Assembly: GCA_002377245.1 (NCBI GenBank)
Contig: DFPL01000283.1
Coordinates: 1 to 54,832 of the forward strand
From: Enterobacteriaceae bacterium UBA3516
GTDB taxonomy: Bacteria; Pseudomonadota; Gammaproteobacteria; Enterobacterales; Enterobacteriaceae
Length of the DNA: 54,832 nt
Reading direction: 5' to 3'
The notes beneath the pieces were generated by a model. The model worked only from the letters and a program-made list of their open reading frames with translations, did no database searches and was not told where the DNA came from. The position numbers and the translations under genes are program-made. Positions 22,674 to 32,816 of the stretch are shown here, in pieces (the first letter of the stretch is position 1; every line of letters begins with the position of its first letter).

Positions 22674-23351
22674 CTACACCAGCAGTTCGGACGCCAGTCG
22701 CGCGACCAGGACGTTAGAGAGTAATACTGGGACATCAAGGGATTTCTGGAGTAAATCCCGGTGCCACTGATGAAAGCCAAGGCAATCAAGCATTAAAACG
22801 TCTGCGCCCTGGTCAATCAACGTTTTTCCGGCCTCGACCAGTTCAGACTCTGAGGCATCAAACGGATGTGCCAGCGCGTAGTAAGGCTCGTTTTCCAGCA
22901 CGCTCCACTTCTGCTTTTGGGGGGCCATCAGTTCTGGAATAGGGACAATCACACCGACCTGATGCCCTTCCACAATGGAGGAGACCAGCGGAGGTATGAT
23001 GCGTTGAGGTTCGATCAAGATGGAGTTTCGCGCCTTGAGGCCACGAATATTCGCCGTACTCATCAACAGAATGACGTCATAACCCTGGTTATCCATCACC
23101 TCAATGACGCTTTGCAGGTCACGCTCTACCTTTTCGCGGGAGACGATCGCCAGACTGTCATCGCATAAGCGCGTCGGGAGCGGGGTTTCGCCCGGTTCGA
23201 TACGATAATCGGAATGCACATCCTCGGGTGCCATTTTGCCAAGAAGACTGTAATGGGTAATCTGCTGCTCAGGAATATGCTCGGTCAGGAGCGGTAAGAT
23301 CTCTTTAACAGGCACCACACCTACGGTGAGGATCGCCATCGTTGCATTCAT
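22674..23351 (-). CDS. aroM: AroM family protein
   Basis: 225 aa, AILTVG…LMLDCLGF…PVLLSN; aroL-yaiA-aroM order. Confidence 0.93.
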   Translation of the reverse strand: MNATMAILTVGVVPVKEILPLLTEHIPEQQITHYSLLGKMAPEDVHSDYRIEPGETPLPTRLCDDSLAIVSREKVERDLQSVIEVMDNQGYDVILLMSTANIRGLKARNSILIEPQRIIPPLVSSIVEGHQVGVIVPIPELMAPQKQKWSVLENEPYYALAHPFDASESELVEAGKTLIDQGADVLMLDCLGFHQWHRDLLQKSLDVPVLLSNVLVARLASELLV

Positions 23352-23587
23352 TTATTTTCCGCCTTGCAACACTGCCTTATACGTACACGTCGACGCACCT
23401 GAAGGGTAACCTGGGCCACTTCAGGCAATTTCATACCAAAAAATTGACTTCAAAATTCCTATTATTTCCAATAACGAATTAATAACCTCTGATTATTATC
23501 GGTCTGCACCGACTTCGCCAGCGCGAAAAATGCGACGCAGACCTCTTTTTTGCACTTTCAGGACAACCTTAAGACAGTATTAAGACG

Positions 23588-23779
23588 TTACTCTTTGCCA
23601 GGATCCTCGTAGCGCACCTTGGCGTCAAGGGCTTCCTGCTCAGTGGGATGCTCGCTGATCAACGCATCGGGCTTAGGATGATCGGCACGCAGTTGATACC
23701 AGGTGACGGTTTGCCCGGTTGCGCCTTTCTCAATAGCAACAATACGGGCTTCACGCGGATAGGGAGGTTTACTGGCCAT
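23588..23779 (-). CDS. yaiA: YaiA family small protein
   Basis: 63 aa KPPYPREA…[12 protein letters not shown]…RYEDP. Confidence 0.92.
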   Translation of the reverse strand: MASKPPYPREARIVAIEKGATGQTVTWYQLRADHPKPDALISEHPTEQEALDAKVRYEDPGKE

Positions 23780-23811
23780 GACTTTTCCTTTTTTGCTCGT
23801 CAGGCCCTAAG

Positions 23812-23883
23812 TATAGACCCTAAATACTTCGCGTTGCAGGCAGGCGGCAACGCACGGGCAACGTGAAGTATGGCGGGTATAGA
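23812..23883. repeat. Short (internally deleted) ERIC/IRU element
   Basis: TATAGACCCTAAATACTTCGCGTTGCAGGCAGGCGGCAACGCACGGGCAACGTGAAGTATGGCGGGTATAGA: ERIC-like arms with TA ends, central core absent. Confidence 0.75.
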
Positions 23884-23893
23884 CAATCGTTTC

Positions 23894-24418
23894 CTAACTG
23901 GCGCAGGCCACGCGCATCGCGTTGCGAATGTCGTTCAGCACCTCGTCGAGGCTTGCTGAAGCGTCAACAACATGGTGCGCCGTTTCACGATAGAGCGCGT
24001 CACGTCCTGCCAGAATTTCGCCCACCTCTTCACGAACCGGTTTGCCGGTCAGCGTTGGGCGCTGGCTCTCTTTTGGATAGGCTTCCAGACGGTCCACCAG
24101 CACGGACACGGGGGCACACAGATAGATGACCAGCCCCTGTTCGCGCATAAATTTGCGATTATATTCGCTCAAAATAATGCCGCCGCCGGTGGCAACAACG
24201 TGAGAAGGGGCAGTGACCGCTTCCAGCGCTTGGGTTTCACGCGCGCGGAAACCCTGCCAGCCCTCTTTGCTGACCAACTCAGCAACGGTCATTTGTGCCT
24301 GTTCCTGCAACCAGTGATCGGTATCAACGAACTGGCGTGCCTGTAACTCAGATAACGCATGACCAACGGTGGTTTTACCACAACCGCGCGCGCCGATTAA
24401 AAAGATGGGTAGCGTCAT
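23894..24418 (-). CDS. aroL: Shikimate kinase II
   Basis: [18 protein letters not shown]-loop, VVATGGG, QRPTL. Confidence 0.96.
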   Translation of the reverse strand: MTLPIFLIGARGCGKTTVGHALSELQARQFVDTDHWLQEQAQMTVAELVSKEGWQGFRARETQALEAVTAPSHVVATGGGIILSEYNRKFMREQGLVIYLCAPVSVLVDRLEAYPKESQRPTLTGKPVREEVGEILAGRDALYRETAHHVVDASASLDEVLNDIRNAMRVACAS

Positions 24419-24498
24419 GAACAGGTGTTCCCTCAGATATCGCAAGGTGAAAAGAGAAGAAAAATGGATATTGACTCACCCTGCCGGTGTCGAGTGGC

Positions 24499-24516
24499 TG
24501 TAAATAAATAATTACA
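24499..24516. promoter_or_regulatory. TyrR box upstream of aroL
   Basis: TGTAAA-TAAATA-ATTACA vs consensus TGTAAA-N6-TTTACA; aroL is a known TyrR target. Confidence 0.75.
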
Positions 24517-24575
24517 CATGAAAAGATAAATCGCATTCCACTTCGATTAACTCCAGAAACGACGCCCGATTTGAG

Positions 24576-24593
24576 TGTAAAGATTTTAATGCA
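24576..24593. promoter_or_regulatory. Second, weaker TyrR-like box
   Basis: TGTAAA-GATTTT-AATGCA. Confidence 0.45.
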
Positions 24594-24685
24594 ACCCGTG
24601 TAGCGATAACCTTACTTAAAGTAATGTTCGTTGACAAGCCCACAGGCGCGGTTAGCGTAACATATTCATCTGTGGGTGGACGAGA

Positions 24686-25150
24686 TCACTGCTTTGCCTG
24701 TCGACGGGTGTTTTCCAGCAGCCATTTATCGAGCTCGGCAGCAAACTGTTGCCGGTCGCGCTGAGAAAGGCTGTCAGGGCCGCCGGTCTGAATGCCACTC
24801 GCCCGCAACGTATCCATGAAGTCGCGCATCGTCAGGCGTTCGCGAATCGTCGCTTCCGTGTAGCGCTCACCGCGCGGGTTCAGGGCAACGCCCCCTTTTG
24901 CGATCACGTCGGCAGCCAGCGGAATGTCGGCCGTAATGACCAGATCCCCGGCCTCACAAAGCCGAACGATTTCGTTGTCTGCAACATCAAAACCCGACGC
25001 GACGCGCACGGAGCGAATAAACCGTGACGGCGGCACGCGTATGTTTTGGTTCGCAACCAGCGTTACCTGCGTCTGCGTGCGGTCAGCGGCACGAAACAGA
25101 ATCTCTTTAATCACATTCGGACAGGCGTCCGCATCAACCCAAATCGCCAT
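24686..25150 (-). CDS. yaiI: YaiI/YqxD (DUF188) family protein
   Basis: [26 protein letters not shown]. Confidence 0.93.
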   Translation of the reverse strand: MAIWVDADACPNVIKEILFRAADRTQTQVTLVANQNIRVPPSRFIRSVRVASGFDVADNEIVRLCEAGDLVITADIPLAADVIAKGGVALNPRGERYTEATIRERLTMRDFMDTLRASGIQTGGPDSLSQRDRQQFAAELDKWLLENTRRQAKQ

Positions 25151-25288
25151 CGTTCCCCCTTACGTATTTGCGCTCATTGTGGCGTTAAATCGTGGTCACG
25201 CAAAGCATAACGTTAAGGTTTAGCCCTGCACGGCTGTCATGCGTTAAGCTATAACCCACAACACACTATCAGCAGAGGGACAGACGTG

Positions 25289-26095
25289 ATGGAGAAAAAA
25301 ATTGGCTTTATCGGCTGCGGTAACATGGGCAAAGCGATTCTGGGCGGGCTGATTGCCAGCGGCCAGGTTCAGCCTGGGCAGATCTGGGTTTATACCCCAT
25401 CAGCAGATAAAGTCGCCGCCCTGCACGATCAATATGGCATCAATGCCGCGCAGAGCGCGCAGGAAGTGGCGCAGGTTGCAGATATCGTTTTCGGCGCGGT
25501 TAAGCCGAACATCATGATAAAAACCCTGAGTGATGTGGCGTCCAGTCTCAATAAAGAGACGCTGGTTGTCTCTATTGCTGCGGGCGTCACCCTGGATCAA
25601 CTGGCGCGCGCGCTGGGCCACGATCGCAAAATCATTCGCACCATGCCAAATACCCCCTCTCTGGTGAATGCCGGCATGACCTCTGTCACCGCCAACGCGC
25701 TGGTGACTGAAGAGGATATTGCAGATGTGCTGACCATTTTCCGTAGCTTCGGCGAAGCGGAAGTGGTCTATGAATCAATGATCCACCCGGTCGTGGGGGT
25801 GAGTGGCTCTGCTCCCGCTTATGTCTTTATGTTTATCGAAGCGATGGCTGACGCTGCCGTTCTTGGCGGAATGCCGCGTGCACAAGCTTATCGTTTTGCC
25901 GCACAGGCGGTGATGGGTTCAGCAAAAATGGTGCTGGAAACAGGTAAGCACCCCGGTGAATTGAAAGACATGGTCTGCTCTCCGGGCGGCACAACCATTG
26001 AAGCCGTAAAAGTGCTGGAAGAGAAAGGCTTTCGCGCGGCGGTCATCGATGCCATTCAGGCCTGCATGGCAAAATCGGATGCGCTGAGTAAATAA
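25289..26095 (+). CDS. proC: Pyrroline-5-carboxylate reductase
   Basis: MEKKIGFIGCGNMG, MPNTP, GSAPAY, VCSPGGTT. Confidence 0.98.
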   Translation: MEKKIGFIGCGNMGKAILGGLIASGQVQPGQIWVYTPSADKVAALHDQYGINAAQSAQEVAQVADIVFGAVKPNIMIKTLSDVASSLNKETLVVSIAAGVTLDQLARALGHDRKIIRTMPNTPSLVNAGMTSVTANALVTEEDIADVLTIFRSFGEAEVVYESMIHPVVGVSGSAPAYVFMFIEAMADAAVLGGMPRAQAYRFAAQAVMGSAKMVLETGKHPGELKDMVCSPGGTTIEAVKVLEEKGFRAAVIDAIQACMAKSDALSK

Positions 26096-26101
26096 AGTAA
26101 G

Positions 26102-26127
26102 CGCCACGGGTATGCTGGCCCGTGGCG
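26102..26127. terminator. GC-rich hairpin between convergent genes
   Basis: CGCCACGGG…CCCGTGGCG 9-bp stem. Confidence 0.5.
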
Positions 26128-26135
26128 TACCCGCC

Positions 26136-27659
26136 TCAGTTCAGCATATCGCTGGCTGCCTGCACACTGAGCGGCTGCTGCATTTTCAGCAGTAGGGCCG
26201 CCGTGTCGGTATATTCCCCACTGCTCAATACTGCTTTCAACACCCCCTCTTCGCCATACAACACGGCAAAGCGTTTACTGTCGAAGGAACCCAGCATGGT
26301 GATGCTGTCCCACTCCGGCGCATAACCGAGGTACTCGAAGCGGGTACCAAAATGGGTGGTCCAGAAAAACGGAACCTGGTTGAACACCCGCTGTTCTCCG
26401 AGCATATTCAACGCCGCCAGATGGCCCTGCTGCTGCGCTACTCGCCAATGTTCTATGCGCCGACGCCCTTCCGGCGCAGGATAGCTGGCGATATCCCCCA
26501 CTGCCCATACGTCGGGTGCCGCACTCAGCGTCTCATCCACCGTCAGGCTACCATCCTCTTCCCGGTGAAGGTCATGAACAAGGTCGGTAGAGGGGCGTAC
26601 ACCGGTAGCAAACACCACAACGTGGGCAGGCAGCGTCTGGCCATTTTTGAACTGTACGTGCTGGACCCGGCCATTGCCCTGTAGGGCAACAGGTTCGCCG
26701 GTGACAAATTTCACGCCGTTCTGTTTGTGTAATTCCAGAAAATGCCGCCCCATCTCTTCACCAAATTGCGGCACAAACGGCAGCGCATGACGAGAGACAA
26801 CGGTCACATCAATATCCTGATTACGCAGCGCTGCTGCGAGTTCCATCGCAATAAAACTGTTGCCAATGATCACCAACTGCTGCTCGCGCTCAACATCGTT
26901 GAGCAACTGCTCGGCCTGCTGGATATCGCGCAGCACATGCACACCCGTCAGGTGATGACCGTCGATCTCGGGCCACACGGGCTGACCGCCGGTCGCCAGC
27001 AGCAATTTATCGAAATGCAGTTCACGCCCGCTGGCGAAGGTTATCTTGTGCGCGCGACTGTTCACATCGCTGACCTCCTCCCGCAGACTCTCAACGCCGG
27101 GCTGCTGATAGAAGGCGTCGTCCAGAATGTGCGGCACCTCGCTGATTTTCATTTTCCCGGCCGGAACAAATTTACTCAACGCGGTACGGTCGTATGGCGC
27201 ATCCTCTTCTTTATCCACCAGCACCAGCCGGCCCGTATAGCCCGCGTCCCGCAGGGTTATTGCCGCTGCGCTGCCTGCCGCACCGGTGCCCACGATCACG
27301 GTGGTCTGCTCTTGTTCACCACGAATCTGCGGGTAGCTTGCAGGAGACATCGGGCGAGGGCTGACCAGCACGCGATTCTGCTCAAGGCGTACCGGGTATT
27401 GTTTCAAATTAGTCAGCGCCAACGGCTCAAGCCATTGCCCATTTTTGATATCAAATTCGGCCTTATGCCACGGACAGACAAGCCGCCCTTCGCATACCGC
27501 ACCTTTCTCCAGCGGCGCGCCGGCATGCGGGCATTTGCTTTGAAAGGCGCGGACCTGAGTCAGCGTTCGGATAAGGATCATTGCAGTACCGGCCACTTCG
27601 CATTTCACCGGTTGGTTTTCGGGTAAGGCGTTGAGTTCAGTTACAAATTGATAGCTCAT
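26136..27659 (-). CDS. Rieske [2Fe-2S] ferredoxin fused to FAD/NAD(P)H-dependent reductase (AIF-like architecture)
   Basis: CPHAG…CPWH Rieske ligands; GTGAAG FAD loop, PYDRTALSK, LLATGG, WAVGDIA, RIEHW, VPFFWT. Confidence 0.9.
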   Translation of the reverse strand: MSYQFVTELNALPENQPVKCEVAGTAMILIRTLTQVRAFQSKCPHAGAPLEKGAVCEGRLVCPWHKAEFDIKNGQWLEPLALTNLKQYPVRLEQNRVLVSPRPMSPASYPQIRGEQEQTTVIVGTGAAGSAAAITLRDAGYTGRLVLVDKEEDAPYDRTALSKFVPAGKMKISEVPHILDDAFYQQPGVESLREEVSDVNSRAHKITFASGRELHFDKLLLATGGQPVWPEIDGHHLTGVHVLRDIQQAEQLLNDVEREQQLVIIGNSFIAMELAAALRNQDIDVTVVSRHALPFVPQFGEEMGRHFLELHKQNGVKFVTGEPVALQGNGRVQHVQFKNGQTLPAHVVVFATGVRPSTDLVHDLHREEDGSLTVDETLSAAPDVWAVGDIASYPAPEGRRRIEHWRVAQQQGHLAALNMLGEQRVFNQVPFFWTTHFGTRFEYLGYAPEWDSITMLGSFDSKRFAVLYGEEGVLKAVLSSGEYTDTAALLLKMQQPLSVQAASDMLN

Positions 27660-27801
27660 CACATTGCTCTCGTGTCAGTGTTGGAGATACGGTCGTCACG
27701 CCAGCCAGCGCACACCACGAGGAAAATTAAAGACCCACAAAAGGTAATGGTGACGCTTTAAGCCTGGCAGAGATTAAACGTTCGGCAACAAAGCGGGAGA
27801 G

Positions 27802-28917
27802 TCAGGCGGCGACTTCGGTACGGTTTCGGCCCGCTTTTTTGGCTTTATAGAGCGCCAGATCGGCCGATTTAAGCCATTCGCGATAATGCGCCATCTCTTC
27901 GGTAAGAGGCGCAACGCCCACGCTGATATGCAAGGAAAGCTGAGGGGTGTTAGGGAGGCGGAACGTCGCCAGGCGATCGTGAACACGGGTCATGGCGGCG
28001 ATCGCACTTTCACACGAGGTTCCCCCCATGATCACGGCAAATTCATCGCCCCCGAAGCGCCCAATAATGTCGCTACCGCGCAGGCAAAGCTGGAGATGAC
28101 GAGTGATCGCCACGATCGCTTCATCGCCAACATCGTGGCCCCAGGTGTCGTTGATGGTTTTGAAATGATCCACATCGATAAGCAATAACGTGGCCCCTCG
28201 CTGATGACGGCGGCAGTTGTCAAACTCATCCCGCAGGAGGGTTTCCCAATGACGGCGGTTATAGACGCCGGTCATGCCATCACGAATGCTCATCACCTGC
28301 AATCGACGTTTGTGTTCCTCCATGCGGATCGCGGCGCGGTAATTTACCCAGGAAAAGAGCAGCGGATAGATCAGTAACACCGGCACGGTCAACCAGATAG
28401 TCAGCGGAGGGCTCACCGGATCCACGGCGATCCCGGTCAACTTGAGGGTCACAAGGCTTGAGACTAACGTCAGGATAGCCCCGGCAATACACAGGCGCGG
28501 CCCGCCTGCGCCCATGGTGGTAATAAAGACCATCATTGCCAGCGCCAGGGAGGGCATCAGGTTTACCCCCGTCAGCGCGATCCAGATACCCGCAAGGATG
28601 GCGTCAGCCTTCAGGTTATGGGTTTCACTGGCCAGCGGATCGCTGGAGCGCGAAGCAAGTTGCCAGGCCAGATGGGGCCAGACGAAGATCCAAAGAACCA
28701 GTAAGACCCACCAGCCCCCTGCCGTCGGCTTAGACACCATTTCAGTAGCCAGAGGGAAAAACAGGCAGGCAAGCCCGGCAGCACGCGGCAGCCTCTCTCG
28801 CTTTGCGAATTGCAACCCCTCGCTGTAATGGTCCACGTCGCTCAGATGAGCGTGCCTCTCCTTGTCTGACGCATCTGAGGTATAAAAATTATTATCATTC
28901 ATCATGTTTGGGAACAT
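27802..28917 (-). CDS. adrA: Diguanylate cyclase AdrA/DgcC (MASE2-GGDEF)
   Basis: MFPNMMND start, WPHLAWQ membrane domain, RGSD I-site, GGDEF, GRNRTEVAA end. Confidence 0.95.
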   Translation of the reverse strand: MFPNMMNDNNFYTSDASDKERHAHLSDVDHYSEGLQFAKRERLPRAAGLACLFFPLATEMVSKPTAGGWWVLLVLWIFVWPHLAWQLASRSSDPLASETHNLKADAILAGIWIALTGVNLMPSLALAMMVFITTMGAGGPRLCIAGAILTLVSSLVTLKLTGIAVDPVSPPLTIWLTVPVLLIYPLLFSWVNYRAAIRMEEHKRRLQVMSIRDGMTGVYNRRHWETLLRDEFDNCRRHQRGATLLLIDVDHFKTINDTWGHDVGDEAIVAITRHLQLCLRGSDIIGRFGGDEFAVIMGGTSCESAIAAMTRVHDRLATFRLPNTPQLSLHISVGVAPLTEEMAHYREWLKSADLALYKAKKAGRNRTEVAA

Positions 28918-28973
28918 TCTGCAACAATTTCCCAAATTATAGAGAGGGGGCGTGGGGAGAAAGTATGAAATTT

Positions 28974-29001
28974 CGGGTGAGCAGAGAAAGCCGCTCACCC
29001 G
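28974..29001. promoter_or_regulatory. CsgD-box-like inverted repeat upstream of adrA (may also terminate psiF)
   Basis: CGGGTGAGC-N10-GCTCACCCG; resembles the CGGGKGAK CsgD motif. Confidence 0.5.
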
Positions 29002-29007
29002 TTCGGC

Positions 29008-29328
29008 TTAGCCCGTTTTTTTCAGGCACGCGCTCATAAATTTACTGCGATCTTCACCTTTAAGGGATTGCTGCGTGGCCTGTGAATTACACTCACGCAT
29101 TTTTTGTTGCTGCGGTGACAGGCTTTTTTGCCCCGGTTCCGTTTTGGTATTTTTCAGACAGTCGCTCATGTAGCGCTTACGCGCCTCACCGGTGAGCGTC
29201 TGGACTTTCGCCTGCTGATTGCAGAGGGTCATTCGTTGTTGTTGAGGGGTAAGGGTTTTCTCAGCAGCGCTCAGCGCCGTGACGAACACAAGACCAAACA
29301 GGAGCGTAACCAGTAATGTTATTTTCAT
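29008..29328 (-). CDS. psiF: Phosphate starvation-inducible protein PsiF
   Basis: MKITLLVTLL signal; two QQQ(R/K)M..CN.QA…MS.CLK repeats. Confidence 0.95.
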   Translation of the reverse strand: MKITLLVTLLFGLVFVTALSAAEKTLTPQQQRMTLCNQQAKVQTLTGEARKRYMSDCLKNTKTEPGQKSLSPQQQKMRECNSQATQQSLKGEDRSKFMSACLKKTG

Positions 29329-29378
29329 AGCACCATCCTTTTTGAAGTGTTGCTTCTTAAGAATGGTCTGTACGGGTG

Positions 29379-29413
29379 AAAAAACCACCCGACGAGAGAA
29401 ATTCCCGTCGGGC
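29379..29413 (-). terminator. Terminator-like hairpin after phoA
   Basis: CCCGACG…CGTCGGG stem then U tract on minus strand. Confidence 0.55.
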
Positions 29414-29418
29414 AGGCT

Positions 29419-30834
29419 TTATTTCAGGCCGAGCGCTGCTTTCATCGTGAAGAACAGGTCAGTCTGGTCAGTCAGGCCAACCACGTTTGCAGCGTGGGGG
29501 CCGTAGGCAGCGATACGAATCTGCGTGCCGGTATGTTCCATGGACTCTTCTTCAGAGTTGCCATAGGTCATGGCCATCACGGTGCCGTCTTTGGTGTTCA
29601 GCAACTGGCTCAGGCCTGGCGCTTTGGTATCCGCCGGGATGATCTGGCTGGCATGGGCATGGTCAGCCGTCACAATCACCAGCGTATTGCCATCCTGCTT
29701 CGCAAAGGCCAGCGCTTTTTGCACCGCTTCGTCGAGATCGACGGTTTCGCCAATCTGCCCGCACGGGTTCGCCGCGTGATCCTGTTTATCAATGGAGGCG
29801 CCTTCAACCTGCAGGAAGAAGCCTTTTTCATTTTTGCTCAGTAATTCCAGCGCCTTATCGGTCATTTGTGCCAGCGTCGGTACGCTATCAGTACGCTTAG
29901 CATTAGGCGTACAGGTTACCGCAGGCTGATCGATGTTGCCGTGCAGAGAGGCTTTCGGACCTTCCCAGCGTACGGGCATATTGCCTTCAGAAAACAGGCC
30001 CAGCAGAGGTTTATCCTGATTCGCCGCGCTGATTGCCGCAAGGCTTGAAGCATCGCTGACTAACTGATAACCACGCGCTTGCGCCTGCTCACGCAGTGTT
30101 TTGCCTTTCCACTCGCCGGCGGTTGCCGTTTCGCTAAAGGTTTTTGCGCCACCGCCCAGGGTAACGTCAGCACGTGCATTCAGCAGCTGCTCAGTAATGG
30201 AGCCTTTACCGCCTTTTTCCAGCGCGTTAGTGGCACATTTTTCACTGGTGACGCTCGGACCATAGCATTTGCGCGAGGTAACGTGAGAGAAAAGCGCAGC
30301 CGGGGTGGCATCCTGCAGTTCAGCGGTAGAGACGTTGCCGGTAGCAAGGCCCGCGGCCTTCGCCATTTCCAGAATCGTCATATGATCTTTTTCATGGATA
30401 TCTACGCCCAGCGCGCCATTGTAGGTTTTCACGCCGGTTGACCAGGCCGTCGCTGAGGCGGCTGAATCGGTCACGTAATCCGGTTTGCCCGTTTTTTTAT
30501 CGAGCGCATAATGCGTGTATTGCCCTGTTAACGGTAAGGCATCAATTCCTTTAAAGAAGCCGCCTGCGCCTTCAGCATAATTTCGTGCTGCGGTAATTTC
30601 GGAATCACCCATGCCGTCGCCAATTAACAAAATGATATTTTTAGCCGGCTTGTCATTCAGGGAGGCGCGAATAGCCTCAGTCTGATCGCCGCTTAAACGA
30701 CGTGCGCCGCCCTGAGTGGTAATATCACCCTGCGCAGCACGATTTTCCAGTACGGTGGTGGCGGTGGTATCAGCATGAATAACAGGGGTAAACAGCAGGG
30801 GGAATAAAGCGATGAATAATGCGCTCTGTTTCAA
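29419..30834 (-). CDS. phoA: Alkaline phosphatase
   Basis: TTG start after [39 protein letters not shown]. Confidence 0.98.
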   Translation of the reverse strand: MKQSALFIALFPLLFTPVIHADTTATTVLENRAAQGDITTQGGARRLSGDQTEAIRASLNDKPAKNIILLIGDGMGDSEITAARNYAEGAGGFFKGIDALPLTGQYTHYALDKKTGKPDYVTDSAASATAWSTGVKTYNGALGVDIHEKDHMTILEMAKAAGLATGNVSTAELQDATPAALFSHVTSRKCYGPSVTSEKCATNALEKGGKGSITEQLLNARADVTLGGGAKTFSETATAGEWKGKTLREQAQARGYQLVSDASSLAAISAANQDKPLLGLFSEGNMPVRWEGPKASLHGNIDQPAVTCTPNAKRTDSVPTLAQMTDKALELLSKNEKGFFLQVEGASIDKQDHAANPCGQIGETVDLDEAVQKALAFAKQDGNTLVIVTADHAHASQIIPADTKAPGLSQLLNTKDGTVMAMTYGNSEEESMEHTGTQIRIAAYGPHAANVVGLTDQTDLFFTMKAALGLK

Positions 30835-30882
30835 TTTATTTTCTCCGTGTAAAAATACTTAAAAGAAATAAAAAACAGAGCG

Positions 30883-30916
30883 ACTATAGGCAGCGCGCGT
30901 TACAGTGAGATGACAA
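30883..30916 (-). promoter_or_regulatory. Pho box and -10 of phoA
   Basis: Minus strand TTGTCAT-CTCA-CTGTAAC, 10-bp spacer, TATAGT. Confidence 0.85.
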
Positions 30917-30936
30917 CGTGACTTATCTCAAAACGC

Positions 30937-31197
30937 TTAGGATCGCGGGTGCCGTAAAAGCTTTTTTACGTACTGTTGCAGTAACTCCGTATCCTGGAGG
31001 GAAACATCTGAGTCTGGGGTCACACCGTCCAGGGCGCCTTCGATACTTTGAATAAGCGCCTGCTGTTCCGGTTGCGCCATCTGGCGTAGCAGCGCGGTGA
31101 CGACGATCTCCAGCGCCTCTACCTGTGCGACCAGCTCTTTGGATTCTTCTTCCTTCTCCGCAAGTTTAACCAGTAGTTCAGCAATGAGGTTTTTCAT
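30937..31197 (-). CDS. iraP: RssB anti-adaptor IraP
   Basis: 86 aa [31 protein letters not shown]…KLLRHPR. Confidence 0.96.
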   Translation of the reverse strand: MKNLIAELLVKLAEKEEESKELVAQVEALEIVVTALLRQMAQPEQQALIQSIEGALDGVTPDSDVSLQDTELLQQYVKKLLRHPRS

Positions 31198-31455
31198 AGC
31201 GCAATTTCCTTATGGGGTATTCGCTGACGTTATCACTCTCATTAGTTGTTGCAAAGTAGATGCAACTATTATTTTTAGCAAAAATTTGACCGATGCAAAT
31301 ACGCAAAATGAAAACATTTTCAACGAAACGTTTCTCTCGCTGTAACGCGTTTGAATTATCAAAAGGAAGAAGGGAAATTTCAGCAAGAATATATTCTTGA
31401 TATAAAGAAAACTTATCGTCTGGCCGGGAGTACGTCTCCCGACCAGCCGGTTAGA

Positions 31456-32646
31456 TTAGCGTTTTGCTTTGCGTAATGCGGTGGCAAGCTGCCATATATT
31501 ACACAGTACGACCAGCGCCGTGGCGACAAAGACCCAACGGAATCCCGCCATCGCGGATACCGATGCGCCCATCAGCGGCCCCACCACATTTCCAAGGTAC
31601 ATAAACGACTGGTTATAACCAAAAATGCGCCCGGTGACCTGATCGCTGGAGTACTTAAGCAGAAGCGTTTGCACTGCCGGTAGCATGGCGCCATCGGCAA
31701 AACCCAGTAGAAAACGTAATACGCCTAACTGTAGGGGCGATGTCACAAATGACATGGCAAAGAACAACACCACGGCACAAACGAGCGTCGCCATCAAGAT
31801 ACGTGCCGTTCCGATACGGTCGCCCAGTTTACCCAGCCGTGGGGCGGACATCAGCGCTGAGACGCCGGGGATAGCGGCAATCAAACCACTGAGAAAGGCA
31901 ATGTTGCTGCTATCCGGAGTCATTGACTGGATAAATAGCGCCAGAATCGGCCCGACAGAGCCGTTACACAGCTGAATGACCATCGTGGTCACAAACAAGC
32001 TGATCACCAGGCCCGGATAGGGCAGCGTGGAAAACACCGCTTTGCCGCTCAACCGCTGCGCCTTACTGATTTTAGGCCGGGCCCCCTCTTTTATCAGAAA
32101 CAGCGTCACGAGGAAGCTCACCACCAGCAAAATAGCGGTGATAAAAAAGACGGTGCGCAGACCGAAGTGGTCGGCCAGAAAGCCGCCCATCAGCGGACCA
32201 CCAATCACGCCGCTAATCTGGGCGGTGGAAAGCGTACTGAGCGCCCAGCCGCTGCGCTCGCGCGGAACCTGCGAAGCAACCAGCGCCATCGCATTAGGAA
32301 TATAACCGGACGTTAACCCCATCACGCCACGCAAAATCAGCAACTGCCAGACATTGGTGGCGAATGCTTGCAGGAGAATGGCAACCGCCATGCCGAGTGA
32401 GGCACGAAGCAGCATTAACTTGCGCCCTTTTCTATCCGCCAGACTTCCCCATAGCGGCGAAACGATAGCAGAAATCAAAAAGGTGATGCTGAACGTCAGC
32501 CCCGACCACATTGACAGTGCCTCGTGCGAGGTGACGCCAAGCTGGGCAACATAGAGTGGCAAAAACGGCAAAATCTGGCTGATCGCAAGGCCGGTAAAGA
32601 AGCAGCCGAACCAGACAGAGATAAGATTGACCTTCCAGGATTCCAT
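31456..32646 (-). CDS. MFS efflux transporter (DHA1, MdtG-like)
   Basis: [12 protein letters not shown] start, [18 protein letters not shown] motif A, about 12 TM segments. Confidence 0.88.
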   Translation of the reverse strand: MESWKVNLISVWFGCFFTGLAISQILPFLPLYVAQLGVTSHEALSMWSGLTFSITFLISAIVSPLWGSLADRKGRKLMLLRASLGMAVAILLQAFATNVWQLLILRGVMGLTSGYIPNAMALVASQVPRERSGWALSTLSTAQISGVIGGPLMGGFLADHFGLRTVFFITAILLVVSFLVTLFLIKEGARPKISKAQRLSGKAVFSTLPYPGLVISLFVTTMVIQLCNGSVGPILALFIQSMTPDSSNIAFLSGLIAAIPGVSALMSAPRLGKLGDRIGTARILMATLVCAVVLFFAMSFVTSPLQLGVLRFLLGFADGAMLPAVQTLLLKYSSDQVTGRIFGYNQSFMYLGNVVGPLMGASVSAMAGFRWVFVATALVVLCNIWQLATALRKAKR

Positions 32647-32816
32647 AGACAGCAACAATATTTCAGTTTTTGGTAAAGAAGAGACAGAGTAACAAGAAGA
32701 CGGACAGGAAAGCATACACGGGGTGCGTTTACCGTTATTTCAGTGTTTTATCCCTCGTGTTTTGTAACAGACGGACGTCACAAACAAAAAAACGAATTAT
32801 AACGGCAGGTTATGCT

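Noticed and set aside
25257..25264. CACAACAC GcvB-like motif in the proC leader
   Set aside because: Short motif near the probable TSS; could easily be chance
26742..27626. 294-aa plus-strand ORF
   Set aside because: Antisense shadow of the Rieske-reductase gene
31248..31266. GTTGCA-N7-TGCAAC upstream of iraP
   Set aside because: 6-bp arms only; no regulator assignable
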